From Clostridia bacterium (lineage in GTDB: Bacteria > Bacillota > Clostridia > Christensenellales > CAG-138), in the NCBI GenBank assembly GCA_030533005.1, contig JAUNJX010000002.1, positions 6,429 through 70,428 of the forward strand: a stretch of 64,000 bases of DNA, in the 5' to 3' direction. The notes under the pieces were generated by a model that saw only the letters and a list, made by a program, of their open reading frames with translations, ran no database searches and was not told the origin of the DNA. Of the stretch, positions 1-9,235 are shown piece by piece (position 1 is the first letter of the stretch; every line of letters starts with the position of its first letter). The position numbers were made by a program, and so were the translations under genes.

Positions 1-70
1 AACATCTTGTGGGTATAAGCAAAGATTAAAGATATTGCCGGAGCGTGCGTAAATTAACAGCCGCTTTTCC

Positions 71-100
71 TTGACATTTGGGACGATTCTCTATTATAAT
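71..100 (+). promoter_or_regulatory. sigma-70-type promoter upstream of rpmH
   Basis: TTGACA at 71-76 and TATAAT at 95-100 with an 18-nt spacer, upstream of the rpmH start. Confidence 0.55.
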
Positions 101-217
101 CTACTGCGGACGTTTTTGCGGGCGATTTGCTTGCAAAAGCGGGAAAAATGACCTGTGAGGGTTGACCTCCCAAGGTCGCCCTATCATAAATACGCAATAG
201 GAAAGAGGTGCAACCAC

Positions 218-352
218 ATGTGGCAAACTTACCAGCCTAAAAAGAGGCAGCGCAAGAAGGTCCACGGCTTCCGTGCCCGTATGAAGACCAAAAACGGCCG
301 GAACGTATTGGCGCGCAGGCGGCTCAAGGGTCGCAAGCAGCTCTCGGCATAA
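218..352 (+). CDS. rpmH: 50S ribosomal protein L34
   Basis: The 44-aa product [44 protein letters not shown] is the L34 signature. ATG 218 is preceded by GAAAGAGGTG. The ORF-track start at 155 is an upstream extension. Confidence 0.95.
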   Translation: MWQTYQPKKRQRKKVHGFRARMKTKNGRNVLARRRLKGRKQLSA

Positions 353-365
353 GAGAAGAAACGCG

Positions 366-396
366 GCAGGGCAAATATCGTTTGCCCTGCGTTTTT
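366..396 (+). terminator. intrinsic terminator/attenuator between rpmH and rnpA
   Basis: Stem GCAGGGCAAA (366-375), loop TATCG, stem TTTGCCCTGC (381-390), followed by GTTTTT. Confidence 0.7.
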
Positions 397-464
397 CGCT
401 TATACCTAAAGTAAAGAACCAGAGGGACAAGCCGCAAGTATCCTGCGGCAGAAGCACGAAAGTA

Positions 465-821
465 TTGAAACGCTGTTATTCATTGAAGCGGAATAAAAAT
501 TTCCGTCGGGTCTATCGAAAGGGCAAATCCGTGCCCGGGTATCAGATGGTACTCATATATGCCCGATCCCGCGAAAAAAAGCTGCATGTGGGGTTATCCG
601 TTTCCAAGAAGCTGGGCAACAGCGTGGTGCGCAATCGCGTCAAACGCCGGTTGAGGGAATCTTTCACCCCGTTGATACCGCGCGTGAAAACCGGATACGA
701 CCTTATCTTCATTGCTCGAGAGCCGGTTGTGCACGAAGAATTCCAAAACATTGGCAAGGCAATGCGCAAATTGCTGCGCAGAGCCGATCTTCTTATCGAG
801 GAAGATCAAGGGAAAGAATAA
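465..821 (+). CDS. rnpA: ribonuclease P protein component
   Basis: TTG start. The product has the RnpA motif [22 protein letters not shown] and sits in the conserved position after rpmH. Confidence 0.88.
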   Translation: MKRCYSLKRNKNFRRVYRKGKSVPGYQMVLIYARSREKKLHVGLSVSKKLGNSVVRNRVKRRLRESFTPLIPRVKTGYDLIFIAREPVVHEEFQNIGKAMRKLLRRADLLIEEDQGKE

Positions 822-1093
822 TGAAGGATATCGGGAAACGGTTCCTTTTATCTTTGATCAGAGGATACCAGCTCTATATTTCCGGCCTCCATCCGGGATG
901 CTGCCGCTATACGCCCACCTGCTCGCGCTATGCCCTGCAGGCCATCGACCGCTTCGGCGCGCTGCGCGGAAGTCTTTTGGCGATATGGCGCGTTTTGCGC
1001 TGCAATCCCTTTTCGCACGGCGGTTATGACCCGGTGCCCGAAACCTTTTCTTTCCCATGCAGAATTAAGAAAGAGAGCATAACGAAAGCATGA
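821..1093 (+). CDS. yidD: membrane protein insertion efficiency factor YidD
   Basis: YidD motif [37 protein letters not shown]; start overlaps the rnpA stop. Confidence 0.9.
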   Translation: MKDIGKRFLLSLIRGYQLYISGLHPGCCRYTPTCSRYALQAIDRFGALRGSLLAIWRVLRCNPFSHGGYDPVPETFSFPCRIKKESITKA

Positions 1094-2055
1094 CGAATTC
1101 CTTTTTTTTGACAAAGTGGTTTTTGCTTGGTATGCAATGGATCTACAACAACGTAGGCGATGTGGTGCTCACCATCCTCATCTCCACCCTCGTCATTCGC
1201 CTCATCACCGTATTCTCCGACATCAAAACGCGTAAATCCAGCGCCGGCATGGCGCGCATACAGCCCCAGATCCAGCGCTTGCAGGAGCGCTACAAGAACA
1301 ACCCCCAGAAGCTGCAGCAGGAGCAATCCAAGCTCATGAAGCGCGAAGGGGTCAGCATGTTTGGCAGCTGCCTGCCGCTTTTGATCACCATGCCCATCTT
1401 CTTCTGCTTCATCTACGCGTTTCGCGCGTGGGGCTATGAGCATGTGATACAGCTTTTGATCAGCGAGAATCCGGCGGAGCTTTTTGCTTCCACCAAATTC
1501 CTTTGGGTGCACAACATCTGGCAGCCGGACAACGGCATGTCCCCCGTCATTCAGGACGCGGCCTCCTTCCTTGCCACCAAGAATCTTGACAAGCTCATCT
1601 TCCTCAACAACAATCCTGAGGCATGGCAAAAGCTTGTACAGATGGGTCTTGCCGCCGTATCCGGCACGGGCGCTACGGGCGAAACGCTCTATACGTTCCT
1701 GCAGACCCCGGCGGCTATCGCCGCCTACAATACGACCCTGCAGCCCTGCGTGGACATGTACGCGGGACTGAACAACGGCTGGTTCGTGCTGCCCGTGCTC
1801 GCGGGCGCGTTGGGTCTTTTGTCCTCGTGGGTATCCATGCGCGGACAGCCCAAGGCCGCCAACGACACAGCGCAAAGCACCAGCAAGGTCATGATGTATA
1901 TGATGCCTGTCATGTTTTTTGTCGCCTGCTTACAGGCAAGCGCGGCGTTCTCCCTGTACTGGGTGTTCAGCAGCCTCCTGTCCGTAGGCGTAACGTTAGT
2001 CATCAACCGTGTTTATAAAATCAACGCCCCGGCAGAGGAGGGTAAAAAAGCATGA
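1090..2055 (+). CDS. yidC: YidC/Oxa1-family membrane protein insertase
   Basis: Multi-TM product with a YidC-like core ([53 protein letters not shown]); 4-nt overlaps with yidD and jag. Confidence 0.9.
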   Translation: MTNSFFLTKWFLLGMQWIYNNVGDVVLTILISTLVIRLITVFSDIKTRKSSAGMARIQPQIQRLQERYKNNPQKLQQEQSKLMKREGVSMFGSCLPLLITMPIFFCFIYAFRAWGYEHVIQLLISENPAELFASTKFLWVHNIWQPDNGMSPVIQDAASFLATKNLDKLIFLNNNPEAWQKLVQMGLAAVSGTGATGETLYTFLQTPAAIAAYNTTLQPCVDMYAGLNNGWFVLPVLAGALGLLSSWVSMRGQPKAANDTAQSTSKVMMYMMPVMFFVACLQASAAFSLYWVFSSLLSVGVTLVINRVYKINAPAEEGKKA

Positions 2056-3035
2056 GAACTTTGGACGCAACGGGTAAATCCATAGACGAAGCAATCTTTA
2101 ACGGCCTTAGGGAGCTGGAAATATCCATCGACGAGGTGGATATCGAGATCTTGCAGCAGGAAAGCAAGGGCGTATTGGGCTTTGGCGTGAAGCCGGCCAT
2201 CGTGCGTCTGATCGAACGCGAGCCCGAAAGCATCACCGTACCCGAATATTTGACAGAGGAAGCCAAGCAGCGCCGCGAGGAGCGCGCCAAGCAGCCCCGT
2301 GAGCGCCGTCCCCGCAGGGACGACCGCCCGCGCGACGACCGGCGCAACGACAGACCCCGCGACGACCGTCCCCGCAACGAGCGCCCCAACGGCGAGACCC
2401 TCTCGCGCGCGGAGCGTCCGCTTACGGATGAGAACGGCGACAGATTGAACAGCCGCGGCGAATATGTCATCGGCCGGCGCAACGACCGTCCCCGCCGCGA
2501 GGAGGAGACGTTTGCCCCCATCGCGCCCAAGGAGCAGATCGACTATACCGTGGAGGCTGCAAAAAGCTGCGAGGGCGCCATTTTCCTCAAGGGCTTGCTG
2601 GACGCCATGGGGATTGAGAACGCCGAGGTGCTCGCAAACGTTTCCTATCAGGAGGAGGAGGACATCGCGCTTACGCGCCTTCGCATCAACGCGGAGCATA
2701 TGGGCGTATTGATCGGCCACAGGGGCGAAACGCTGGACGCGCTGCAATATCTGACCTCGCTGCACGTCAACCGCAGCCGCAAGGAAAAGGGCTATACCCG
2801 CGTCACCATCGACACCGAAGGGTATCGGGACAAGCGGGAGGATACGCTCGTACGCCTTGCGCGAAAGGTCGCCTCGCAGGTCAAGGCGACGGGGCGTCCC
2901 CGGGCGTTGGAGCCCATGAATCCCTACGAGCGCCGCGTGCTGCACGCCACCCTCCAATCCAACCCCTATGTCACCACCCACAGCGAGGGCGAGGAGCCGT
3001 ATCGCAGGGTTGTGGTGGAACCCAAGGGAAGATAA
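2052..3035 (+). CDS. jag: Jag/KhpB-type RNA-binding protein (Jag_N, KH, R3H) with a long Arg/Asp/Pro-rich linker
   Basis: N-terminus KSIDEAIFNGLRELEISIDEVDIEIL (Jag_N). C-terminus GHRGETLDALQYL (KH-like) and EPMNPYERRVLHATL (R3H). Conserved position after yidC. Confidence 0.85.
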   Translation: MRTLDATGKSIDEAIFNGLRELEISIDEVDIEILQQESKGVLGFGVKPAIVRLIEREPESITVPEYLTEEAKQRREERAKQPRERRPRRDDRPRDDRRNDRPRDDRPRNERPNGETLSRAERPLTDENGDRLNSRGEYVIGRRNDRPRREEETFAPIAPKEQIDYTVEAAKSCEGAIFLKGLLDAMGIENAEVLANVSYQEEEDIALTRLRINAEHMGVLIGHRGETLDALQYLTSLHVNRSRKEKGYTRVTIDTEGYRDKREDTLVRLARKVASQVKATGRPRALEPMNPYERRVLHATLQSNPYVTTHSEGEEPYRRVVVEPKGR

Positions 3036-3185
3036 GCGCTTCGCTTTCGCAAACCCGGCTTCGCCGCCTTTGCGAGAAAACGGTTTTCTGCTGTTCGCTT
3101 CGCTTACGGCCGCAGCAAACCGCAAAGAATGAAATCCTTCGGATTTACAAGCGTCCGCACCGGCAAAGCCGATGCGGACGAATTA
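3036..3185. repeat. mosaic hairpin-array repeat, copy R1
   Basis: Starts directly after the jag stop with GCGCTTCGCTTTCGC. Contains module AAATCCTTCGGATTT (3132-3146) and module CGTCCGCACCGGCAAAGCCGATGCGGACG (3152-3180), both shared with other loci. Confidence 0.8.
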
Positions 3186-3257
3186 GCCTAAAGAGATATG
3201 AATGCAGAACCGCGCAGTAGGAAGGGCGAAGCCATTTCTTTGAAAGGAGCAAGCATA

Positions 3258-4586
3258 ATGGATACCATCTTTGCCCCCGCAACGCCCTCGGGCGGCGCGC
3301 TGTGCGTGCTGCGCGTGAGCGGGCCGGACAGCCGCCGCGTTTTGCGCGAGGCGTTTTCAGCAAAGGATATGCAGCCCCGCTTTATGACCTACGGGCGGCT
3401 TTTGGGCGCGGCGGGCGAAACGCTGGACGTTTGCATGGCCGTGTTTTTTGCCTCCCCGCATAGCTATACGGGCGAGGATATGGCGGAATTCTATCTCCAC
3501 GGCGGACAGGCCGTGGTAAAGCGGGCGCTCGCGCGCATGACGGCGCTGGGGCTTCGCATAGCGAATCCCGGCGAGTTTACGCAGCGCGCCTTTTTGAACG
3601 GCAAGACCGACCTCTCCCGCGCGGAGGCCGTGATGGATGTGATCAACGCGACTGCCGGGCGCGCGGCGGACGCCGCCGTCGAACAGCTTGCGGGCGGCTT
3701 GCAAAAGCGCATCACGGACGTGGAGGCGGCGCTGCGCGCAGTACTTGCCGCCCTGGACGCCGCCATCGATTATCCCGAGGAGGTGGAGGAGGACGTGACG
3801 GCCGCCCTGCCCGCCGCTTTACAAAGGGCGGCGGCGGACATACGCGCGCTTGCGGAAAACGGTGTAAAAAACCGCGTTCTGCGCGAGGGGGCGAAGGTCG
3901 TCATCATCGGCGCGCCCAATGTGGGCAAATCCTCTCTTTTAAACGCGCTGTTGCAGGAGGAGCACGCCATCGTCACGGACGTAGCCGGCACCACGCGGGA
4001 CGTGCTGCAGTTCGACGCGGATTTTGACGGCGTGCCCGTGCGGCTCTACGACACGGCGGGTCTGCATGAAAGCGTCGACGCGGTGGAGCGTATCGGCATA
4101 GAGCGGGCATGGAAGCAGGCGGAAAAGGCCGATCTTTTGCTTGTGGCGCTGGACGCGTCGCGCGCGCTTCGGGCGGAGGAGGAAGCGCTGCTAAAGAGCC
4201 TGGGCAAAAGACCTTACTTACTCGTTTTGTGTAAAGCCGATTTGCCCGAGGTGCTCTCGCTATTTGAAGGGACGCTGCCGCGCTACGCAAGCCGCGCGCG
4301 CGCCCTGTCCGTAAGCGCCGTGACGGGGGAGGGCATCGGGTATCTAAGAAGCGTCATCGCGCAGCTCGTTTGCCCCGAAAGCGAGGCGCTGGTCACCAAC
4401 GCGCGGCATATTGCGCTCTTGCAGCGCGCGCTTGCGGCGGTGGAGCAGGCGAAAGCGGCCGCGGACATGGATTGCGCCGCCACGGATATCCGCGAGGCGC
4501 TCCTGCATCTGGGCGGCATTACGGGAAGTATCGTGGACGACGCGGTGATCGAGGAGATATTCCGCACTTTTTGCGTCGGAAAATGA
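3258..4586 (+). CDS. mnmE: tRNA modification GTPase MnmE
   Basis: ATG 3258 after GAAAGGAG. N-terminus MDTIFAPATPSGGALCVLRVSG, G-domain GAPNVGKSSLLNAL, C-terminal FCVGK. The ORF-track start at 3198 is an extension. Confidence 0.92.
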   Translation: MDTIFAPATPSGGALCVLRVSGPDSRRVLREAFSAKDMQPRFMTYGRLLGAAGETLDVCMAVFFASPHSYTGEDMAEFYLHGGQAVVKRALARMTALGLRIANPGEFTQRAFLNGKTDLSRAEAVMDVINATAGRAADAAVEQLAGGLQKRITDVEAALRAVLAALDAAIDYPEEVEEDVTAALPAALQRAAADIRALAENGVKNRVLREGAKVVIIGAPNVGKSSLLNALLQEEHAIVTDVAGTTRDVLQFDADFDGVPVRLYDTAGLHESVDAVERIGIERAWKQAEKADLLLVALDASRALRAEEEALLKSLGKRPYLLVLCKADLPEVLSLFEGTLPRYASRARALSVSAVTGEGIGYLRSVIAQLVCPESEALVTNARHIALLQRALAAVEQAKAAADMDCAATDIREALLHLGGITGSIVDDAVIEEIFRTFCVGK

Positions 4587-4645
4587 CGGCGGGAAATATT
4601 CGCCTAAATTTCCCATGGAAAGCATGGTATAAATTTGTTATAATA

Positions 4646-4682
4646 AGCCTTGCATGCGATAAGCGGTGCAAGGCTTTATTTT
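4646..4682 (+). terminator. intrinsic terminator after mnmE
   Basis: Stem AGCCTTGCA (4646-4654) / TGCAAGGCT (4667-4675) followed by TTATTTT. Confidence 0.6.
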
Positions 4683-4700
4683 AAAGGGGTAATAAGCGGA

Positions 4701-6590
4701 TTGAAGGGCTATTTTGCGGGCGAATACGCGGTGATCGTCGTGGGCGCGGGGCACGCGGGCATTGAGGCCGCGCTTGCTTGCGCGCGCATGGGGCTTTCCA
4801 CCCTTTGTTTGACCATCAATCTGGACGCGGTGGGTCTGATGGCCTGCAACCCTGCCATAGGGGGTACCAGCAAGGGGCATCTCGTGCGCGAGATCGACGC
4901 GATGGGCGGCGAAATGGGCTTAGCGACCGACGAGGTTTATTTGCAGCTTCGCATGCTCAACACCGCTAAGGGCTCCGCCGTATGGTCGCTTCGCGCGCAG
5001 GCGGACAAGCGCCGCTATCACGAGCGCATGAAGCGCGCGCTGGAGCAGGAGCCGCTTCTTGACCTCAAGATGGGGGAATGCGAACGCCTGCTTACGCAAA
5101 ACGGAAGGATTTCCGGCGTCGCGGTGACGGGCGGGGCGTATTATACCTGCCGCGCCGTGGTGCTCTGTACCGGCGTGTATCTAAAAAGCCACATCCTCGT
5201 GGGCGATTATTTGAAGGAGGCGGGGCCGTCGGGCATGCTAAGAAGCGAATACCTCTCCGCCTCGCTTGAGGCGTTGGGCTTTCCGCTGCGGCGGTTTAAA
5301 ACGGGCACGCCGCCGCGGGTGCATAAGCGCAGCTTGGATGTAGGGCGTATGGAGCCGCAGCGGGGCGATGTGCCCACGCCGCACTTCTCCTTTATGACGG
5401 ACCCCGCCGAAAGCCGGGAACAGACGCTGTGCTACCTTACCTATACCAACGCGCGCACGCACGAGATCATTTTAAACAATATCGAGCGCTCCGCCATGTA
5501 TTCAGGCTTGGTCAAGGGTACGGGCACGCGCTACTGTCCCTCCATCGAGGATAAGATCAAGCGCTTTGCCGATAAGGATCGCCATCAGCTCTTTATCGAG
5601 CCGGAGGGCAAAAGCACGGAGGAGATGTATGTGCAGGGCATGAGCACGAGCCTGCCCTATGACGTACAGGTGGATATGCTCCGCACCATCGAGGGTATGG
5701 AACGCTGCGAGATCATGCGCCCCGGCTACGCCATCGAATACGACGTGATCGACAGCACGCAGCTTACCACCGGCTTTGAAGCAAAGGACGTGCCGGGGCT
5801 GTTCTTTGCCGGCCAGCTAAACGGCAGCTCCGGCTATGAGGAGGCGGCCGCGCAGGGCTTTTTCGCGGGCGTGAACGCGGCGCTTTTTTGTAAGGCGGAA
5901 CCGCCCTTTCTGCTCAAGCGTTCCGACGCGTATATAGGCGTATTGGTGGACGACCTTGCGACCAAGGGCACCAACGAGCCGTATCGCATGATGACCTCGC
6001 GCGCGGAATACCGGCTGCTGCTGCGGCAGGACAACGCGGATTTGAGGCTTACGGAGCGCGCGCGGCGCCTGGGTCTTATTTCCGACGCGCGCTATGACGC
6101 GCTTTGCCGCAAGCGCGCGGATATCGAGAAGGCGCAAAAGGCGCTCTCCCGCGTCGTTTCACCCGATGAGGCCATGGGGAAGCTATTGGAAGCAAAGGGC
6201 GAAACGCTGCCCGCAAAGCCCGTCCCCATAGGGGATATGATGAAGCGGCGGGGTGTGGGCTACACGGATCTTCTTATGCTTTACGACCTGCCCGAGATCA
6301 ACGCTGACGCCATGGAGCAGGTGGAGATCATGGCGCGCTACGACGGCTATATCCAGAAGCAAAAGGCGCAGGTGGAGAAATTCCACGACATGGAAAGCGT
6401 GCTGCTGCCAAACGATATCGACTATATGGGCATCGAAGGGTTACGCATCGAAGCGCGGCAGAAGCTAAACGCCATGCGGCCGGAGAGCATTGGCCGCGCC
6501 GGGCGCATCAGCGGCGTAAGCCCCGCGGACGTGGCGGTGCTCTTGGTGTATCTCAAGGCGCGCGGCGCTATGGAGAAAGCGAATGGATGA
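4701..6590 (+). CDS. mnmG: tRNA uridine 5-carboxymethylaminomethyl modification enzyme MnmG (GidA)
   Basis: FAD motif YAVIVVGAGHAGIEAALACARMG. The TTG at 4701 gives the usual 8 residues before the Y-x-V-I-V motif and follows AAAGGGG. The track ATG at 4650 lies inside the upstream terminator stem. Confidence 0.9.
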   Translation: MKGYFAGEYAVIVVGAGHAGIEAALACARMGLSTLCLTINLDAVGLMACNPAIGGTSKGHLVREIDAMGGEMGLATDEVYLQLRMLNTAKGSAVWSLRAQADKRRYHERMKRALEQEPLLDLKMGECERLLTQNGRISGVAVTGGAYYTCRAVVLCTGVYLKSHILVGDYLKEAGPSGMLRSEYLSASLEALGFPLRRFKTGTPPRVHKRSLDVGRMEPQRGDVPTPHFSFMTDPAESREQTLCYLTYTNARTHEIILNNIERSAMYSGLVKGTGTRYCPSIEDKIKRFADKDRHQLFIEPEGKSTEEMYVQGMSTSLPYDVQVDMLRTIEGMERCEIMRPGYAIEYDVIDSTQLTTGFEAKDVPGLFFAGQLNGSSGYEEAAAQGFFAGVNAALFCKAEPPFLLKRSDAYIGVLVDDLATKGTNEPYRMMTSRAEYRLLLRQDNADLRLTERARRLGLISDARYDALCRKRADIEKAQKALSRVVSPDEAMGKLLEAKGETLPAKPVPIGDMMKRRGVGYTDLLMLYDLPEINADAMEQVEIMARYDGYIQKQKAQVEKFHDMESVLLPNDIDYMGIEGLRIEARQKLNAMRPESIGRAGRISGVSPADVAVLLVYLKARGAMEKANG

Positions 6591-7260
6591 GATTTTTCGC
6601 AAATGGATACCGGAAGCTTCGGACGAACAGCTTACAAAGCTCAACGTCTATTACGATATGCTCGTTGACTGGAACGGGCGCATGAACCTCACCGCCATCA
6701 CGGAACGCGAGGAGGTGGCGCAAAAGCATTTTGCGGATTCCCTTTTGCCCGCCTCCCTCATCCCAGAGGGCGCAAGGCTCATTGACGTGGGCACGGGCGC
6801 GGGCTTTCCGGGGCTGGTGCTAAAGCTCATGCGGCCGGATATCAAGCTTACCCTGCTCGATTCCCTCAACAAGCGCATTGGCTTTTTGCAGGCCGTGTGC
6901 GGCGAACTGGGCTTATCCGATGTAACGTGCATCCATGCGCGGGCGGAGGATGGCGCGCGGGACAAGGCGCTGCGGGAAAGCTTTGACGTGGCGGCGGCGC
7001 GCGCCGTGGCGCACACGGCGTTCCTCGCGGAATGGCTGCTGCCCTACCTCAAGGTGGGTGGGCAGGCGCTCTTATATAAGGGGCCGCAGGCGGCGGAGGA
7101 GCTAGATGCGGCGGAAAACGCCTGCAAGCTCTTGTGCTGCAAGGCGACGACGCAAAGCTACGACGTGCCATGGGGGGAGCGGTGCGTCGTGCGGCTAAAA
7201 AAGCTCGCCCCCACGGACAAGCGGTACCCGCGCAAGGCGGGCGCCAAGGAACATCTATAG
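6583..7260 (+). CDS. rsmG: 16S rRNA (guanine527-N7)-methyltransferase RsmG (GidB)
   Basis: SAM motif LIDVGTGAGFPGLVLKL; overlaps the mnmG stop; conserved synteny. Confidence 0.9.
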   Translation: MDEIFRKWIPEASDEQLTKLNVYYDMLVDWNGRMNLTAITEREEVAQKHFADSLLPASLIPEGARLIDVGTGAGFPGLVLKLMRPDIKLTLLDSLNKRIGFLQAVCGELGLSDVTCIHARAEDGARDKALRESFDVAAARAVAHTAFLAEWLLPYLKVGGQALLYKGPQAAEELDAAENACKLLCCKATTQSYDVPWGERCVVRLKKLAPTDKRYPRKAGAKEHL

Positions 7261-7283
7261 CATAACAAAAGCAGGAGGCGGCC

Positions 7284-8117
7284 ATGCCAAAGATCGACAT
7301 TTTAAGGGAACGCTCCAACATACACGACAAGCTGCTCACGCAGATACCCGTGGCGGACATTCGCCCCAACCCCAGCCAGCCCCGCGCCACCTTTGATACG
7401 GAGAGCATCAAGGAGCTTGCGCAGTCCATTTCGGCGGTGGGTCTGATACAGCCCCTCGTTGTGCGGCGCGCCGAAAACGGCTACGAGCTGGTCGCGGGGG
7501 AGCGCAGGCTTCGCGCGGTCAAGCTGCTGGGCATGGAGCGGGTCGCCTGCATCGTGCAGGATATGATGGAGGAGCAGTCCGCCATGATCGCGCTGATCGA
7601 AAATTTGCAGCGCGAGGATCTCTACTATATGGAGGAGGCGCAATGCTACGAGACGCTCCTTAAGACCTACAACATGACGCAGGAGGAGCTTGCGCGGCGT
7701 TTGGGCAAGAGCCAGAGCGCGATTGCCAACAAGCTGCGGCTTTTGCGCCTTGCCCAGCCCGTCAAGGACGCCATGCAGACGGCGAACCTGACCGAGCGGC
7801 ACGCGCGCGCGCTATTGAAGCTGCAAAACGAGCAGGAGCAGCTTGCCCTCATCAAGCGCATCGGCGACAAGGGTCTTTCCGTCAAGGAGACGGAAAAGCT
7901 GGTGGATAAGACGCTGGACGCCCTTTATGATAACCGTGCCGACGGCGCAAAGCCGCGCCCCATGATCGTGCGCATGGTGAAGGACTACAGGCTTTTTATG
8001 AACACCATCAATCTGGCCGTGGAGCAGCTGCGCGAGGCGGGCTTTGCCGTGGAGGTCTCGCAGGAGGACTTGCAGGACGGCGTGGATATCGGGATAAGGG
8101 TGAAAAGACCAAGCTGA
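7284..8117 (+). CDS. noc: nucleoid occlusion protein Noc (ParB-family)
   Basis: ParB box GLIQPLVVRR...YELVAGERRLRA and HTH QEELARRLGKSQSAIANKLRLLRL. The C-terminal RLFMNTINLAVEQLREAGF...IGIRVKR resembles Bacillus Noc. Position after rsmG. Confidence 0.82.
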   Translation: MPKIDILRERSNIHDKLLTQIPVADIRPNPSQPRATFDTESIKELAQSISAVGLIQPLVVRRAENGYELVAGERRLRAVKLLGMERVACIVQDMMEEQSAMIALIENLQREDLYYMEEAQCYETLLKTYNMTQEELARRLGKSQSAIANKLRLLRLAQPVKDAMQTANLTERHARALLKLQNEQEQLALIKRIGDKGLSVKETEKLVDKTLDALYDNRADGAKPRPMIVRMVKDYRLFMNTINLAVEQLREAGFAVEVSQEDLQDGVDIGIRVKRPS

Positions 8118-8290
8118 CGCTTTCGCGCCGGGTCATGCGACCCGGCGCGAGATTTTCACTTTGCAACTGTGCGCATACGCGCACGGTCGTTGCAAAGCGC
8201 AGGGACTGAAATCCTTCGGATTTACACACGCCCGCGCCGGCAAAGCCGGCACGGGCGAATGAAGCCTCCGTCCCCATCGGCTCCCCGGAG
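8118..8290. repeat. mosaic hairpin-array repeat, copy R2
   Basis: Starts at the noc stop with CGCTTTCGCGCCGGGTCATGCGACCCGGCGCG. Contains TTGCAAC...GTTGCAA, AAATCCTTCGGATTT (8209-8223) and CGCCCGCGCCGGCAAAGCCGGCACGGGCG (8229-8257). Confidence 0.8.
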
Positions 8291-8427
8291 ATATGAAAGA
8301 AAGAGAAGCCTGCCGTGAGCCGACAAGCTTCTTTTTTGCGCAACAAAGGGGGATTGGCAAGGGCGCTCCCTTGACATAGATTCCGGCTCTGACGGCATGT
8401 ACGTCAGAACGGATGAAAGGCGAAGCC

Positions 8428-8925
8428 TTACCTACAGCATGGATTGCAGCAGGGGTTGATGTATGTGCCGTCCACATACATGCAGGGATACTTTTTGCTG
8501 ACCTCCTTGGGCTTGATCTTGTCCAACGCGATGGCGTTCCATGCGATGGCGGCGCGTGCGGATTCCGCCAGCGCCTCCGGTGAGCCGTCGCTTCCGCAGG
8601 AGGAAAGGGCGACGCCGCCTTGGGAAAGCGTCTTGCCGTAATCGCGGATCAGATCTTGGATGGGCAGGCCTTCGTTATAACGAAGATAGGTGGTCATGAG
8701 CTTGCCAAAGCGCTCGATATCAAAATCCTTGAGCTTTTTGGACTGCCCCATGGCCGCAAGCGCGTTCGCGCCCGGCTCGCTCGTGTTGACATAGGCGAGT
8801 ATGATGCTCTCGGCCTCCTTGAGCTGGCTTACATATTTGCTGTCGGACGCTGCAAGGCTCGTGGCGCAGAAGGAAAGAGAAAGCAGCAGCACAAGCACAA
8901 ATGCGGTAGTTTTTCGTATGTTCAT
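8428..8925 (-). CDS. secreted hypothetical protein with Cys-rich C-terminal tail
   Basis: ATG at 8925 after GGAGGTG. Signal peptide MNIRKTTAFVLVLLLSLSFCATSLAAS. Ends PCMYVDGTYINPCCNPCCR. The longer track ORF (to 9162) runs into a repeat array. Confidence 0.7.
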   Translation of the reverse strand: MNIRKTTAFVLVLLLSLSFCATSLAASDSKYVSQLKEAESIILAYVNTSEPGANALAAMGQSKKLKDFDIERFGKLMTTYLRYNEGLPIQDLIRDYGKTLSQGGVALSSCGSDGSPEALAESARAAIAWNAIALDKIKPKEVSKKYPCMYVDGTYINPCCNPCCR

Positions 8926-9029
8926 GGAAACACCTCCCAAATCGTCTTTCTTTAGAATACTATCATTATAGGGAAAAATATACGCTTTTGCAAGGCGGTT
9001 CATAAAAAAGCGGCAAAGGACTTCGGAAT

Positions 9030-9232
9030 TGCAACCCCCGGAAGCCAAAATCGCCCGCACCGGTACAAGGCGAGTTGCCGTTAGGCTAAAATCGCCCGCA
9101 CCGGCTTTGCCGGTACGGGCGGAGCGTAAATCCGTCAGGATTTCGTACCCTGCCATTCGCAACGCCCGTGAACGAAGTGAACAGTTGCGAATGGAAAAGC
9201 TCGCTCCCGATCGGTAGATCGGGAGCGAAAGT
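9030..9232. repeat. mosaic hairpin-array repeat, copy R3
   Basis: GCAACCCCCGGAAGCCAAAATCGCCCGCACCGG..., CGCCCGCACCGGCTTTGCCGGTACGGGCG, AAATCCGTCAGGATTT, TTCGCAAC...GTTGCGAA; same module order as at 44600-44700. Confidence 0.8.
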
Positions 9233-9235
9233 GGT

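Noticed and set aside
1-217. oriC / DnaA boxes upstream of rpmH
   Set aside because: No TTATCCACA or TGTGGATAA, nor a close cluster of near-matches, was found in the 217 nt available. The ACATCTTGTGG motif at 1-12 has 2 or more mismatches to a DnaA box. The origin, if adjacent, lies outside the window.
1024-3125. Long minus-strand ORFs (1024-1875, 2013-3125, 2021-2530) opposite yidC and jag
   Set aside because: These are antisense shadow ORFs, typical of high-GC DNA. The plus-strand products carry clear YidC and Jag/KH/R3H motifs, whereas the minus-strand products are Arg/Ala/Gly-rich with no motifs or RBS.
4650-4700. ATG 4650 as the mnmG start (and similar N-terminal extensions in the ORF track at 155, 3198, 9162, 10747, 12117, 16247, 26698, 31319, 37359, 42905, 50430)
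   Set aside because: The extensions run through terminators, repeat arrays or upstream genes and lack an RBS. Internal starts with GGAGG-type sites give N-termini matching the respective protein families.
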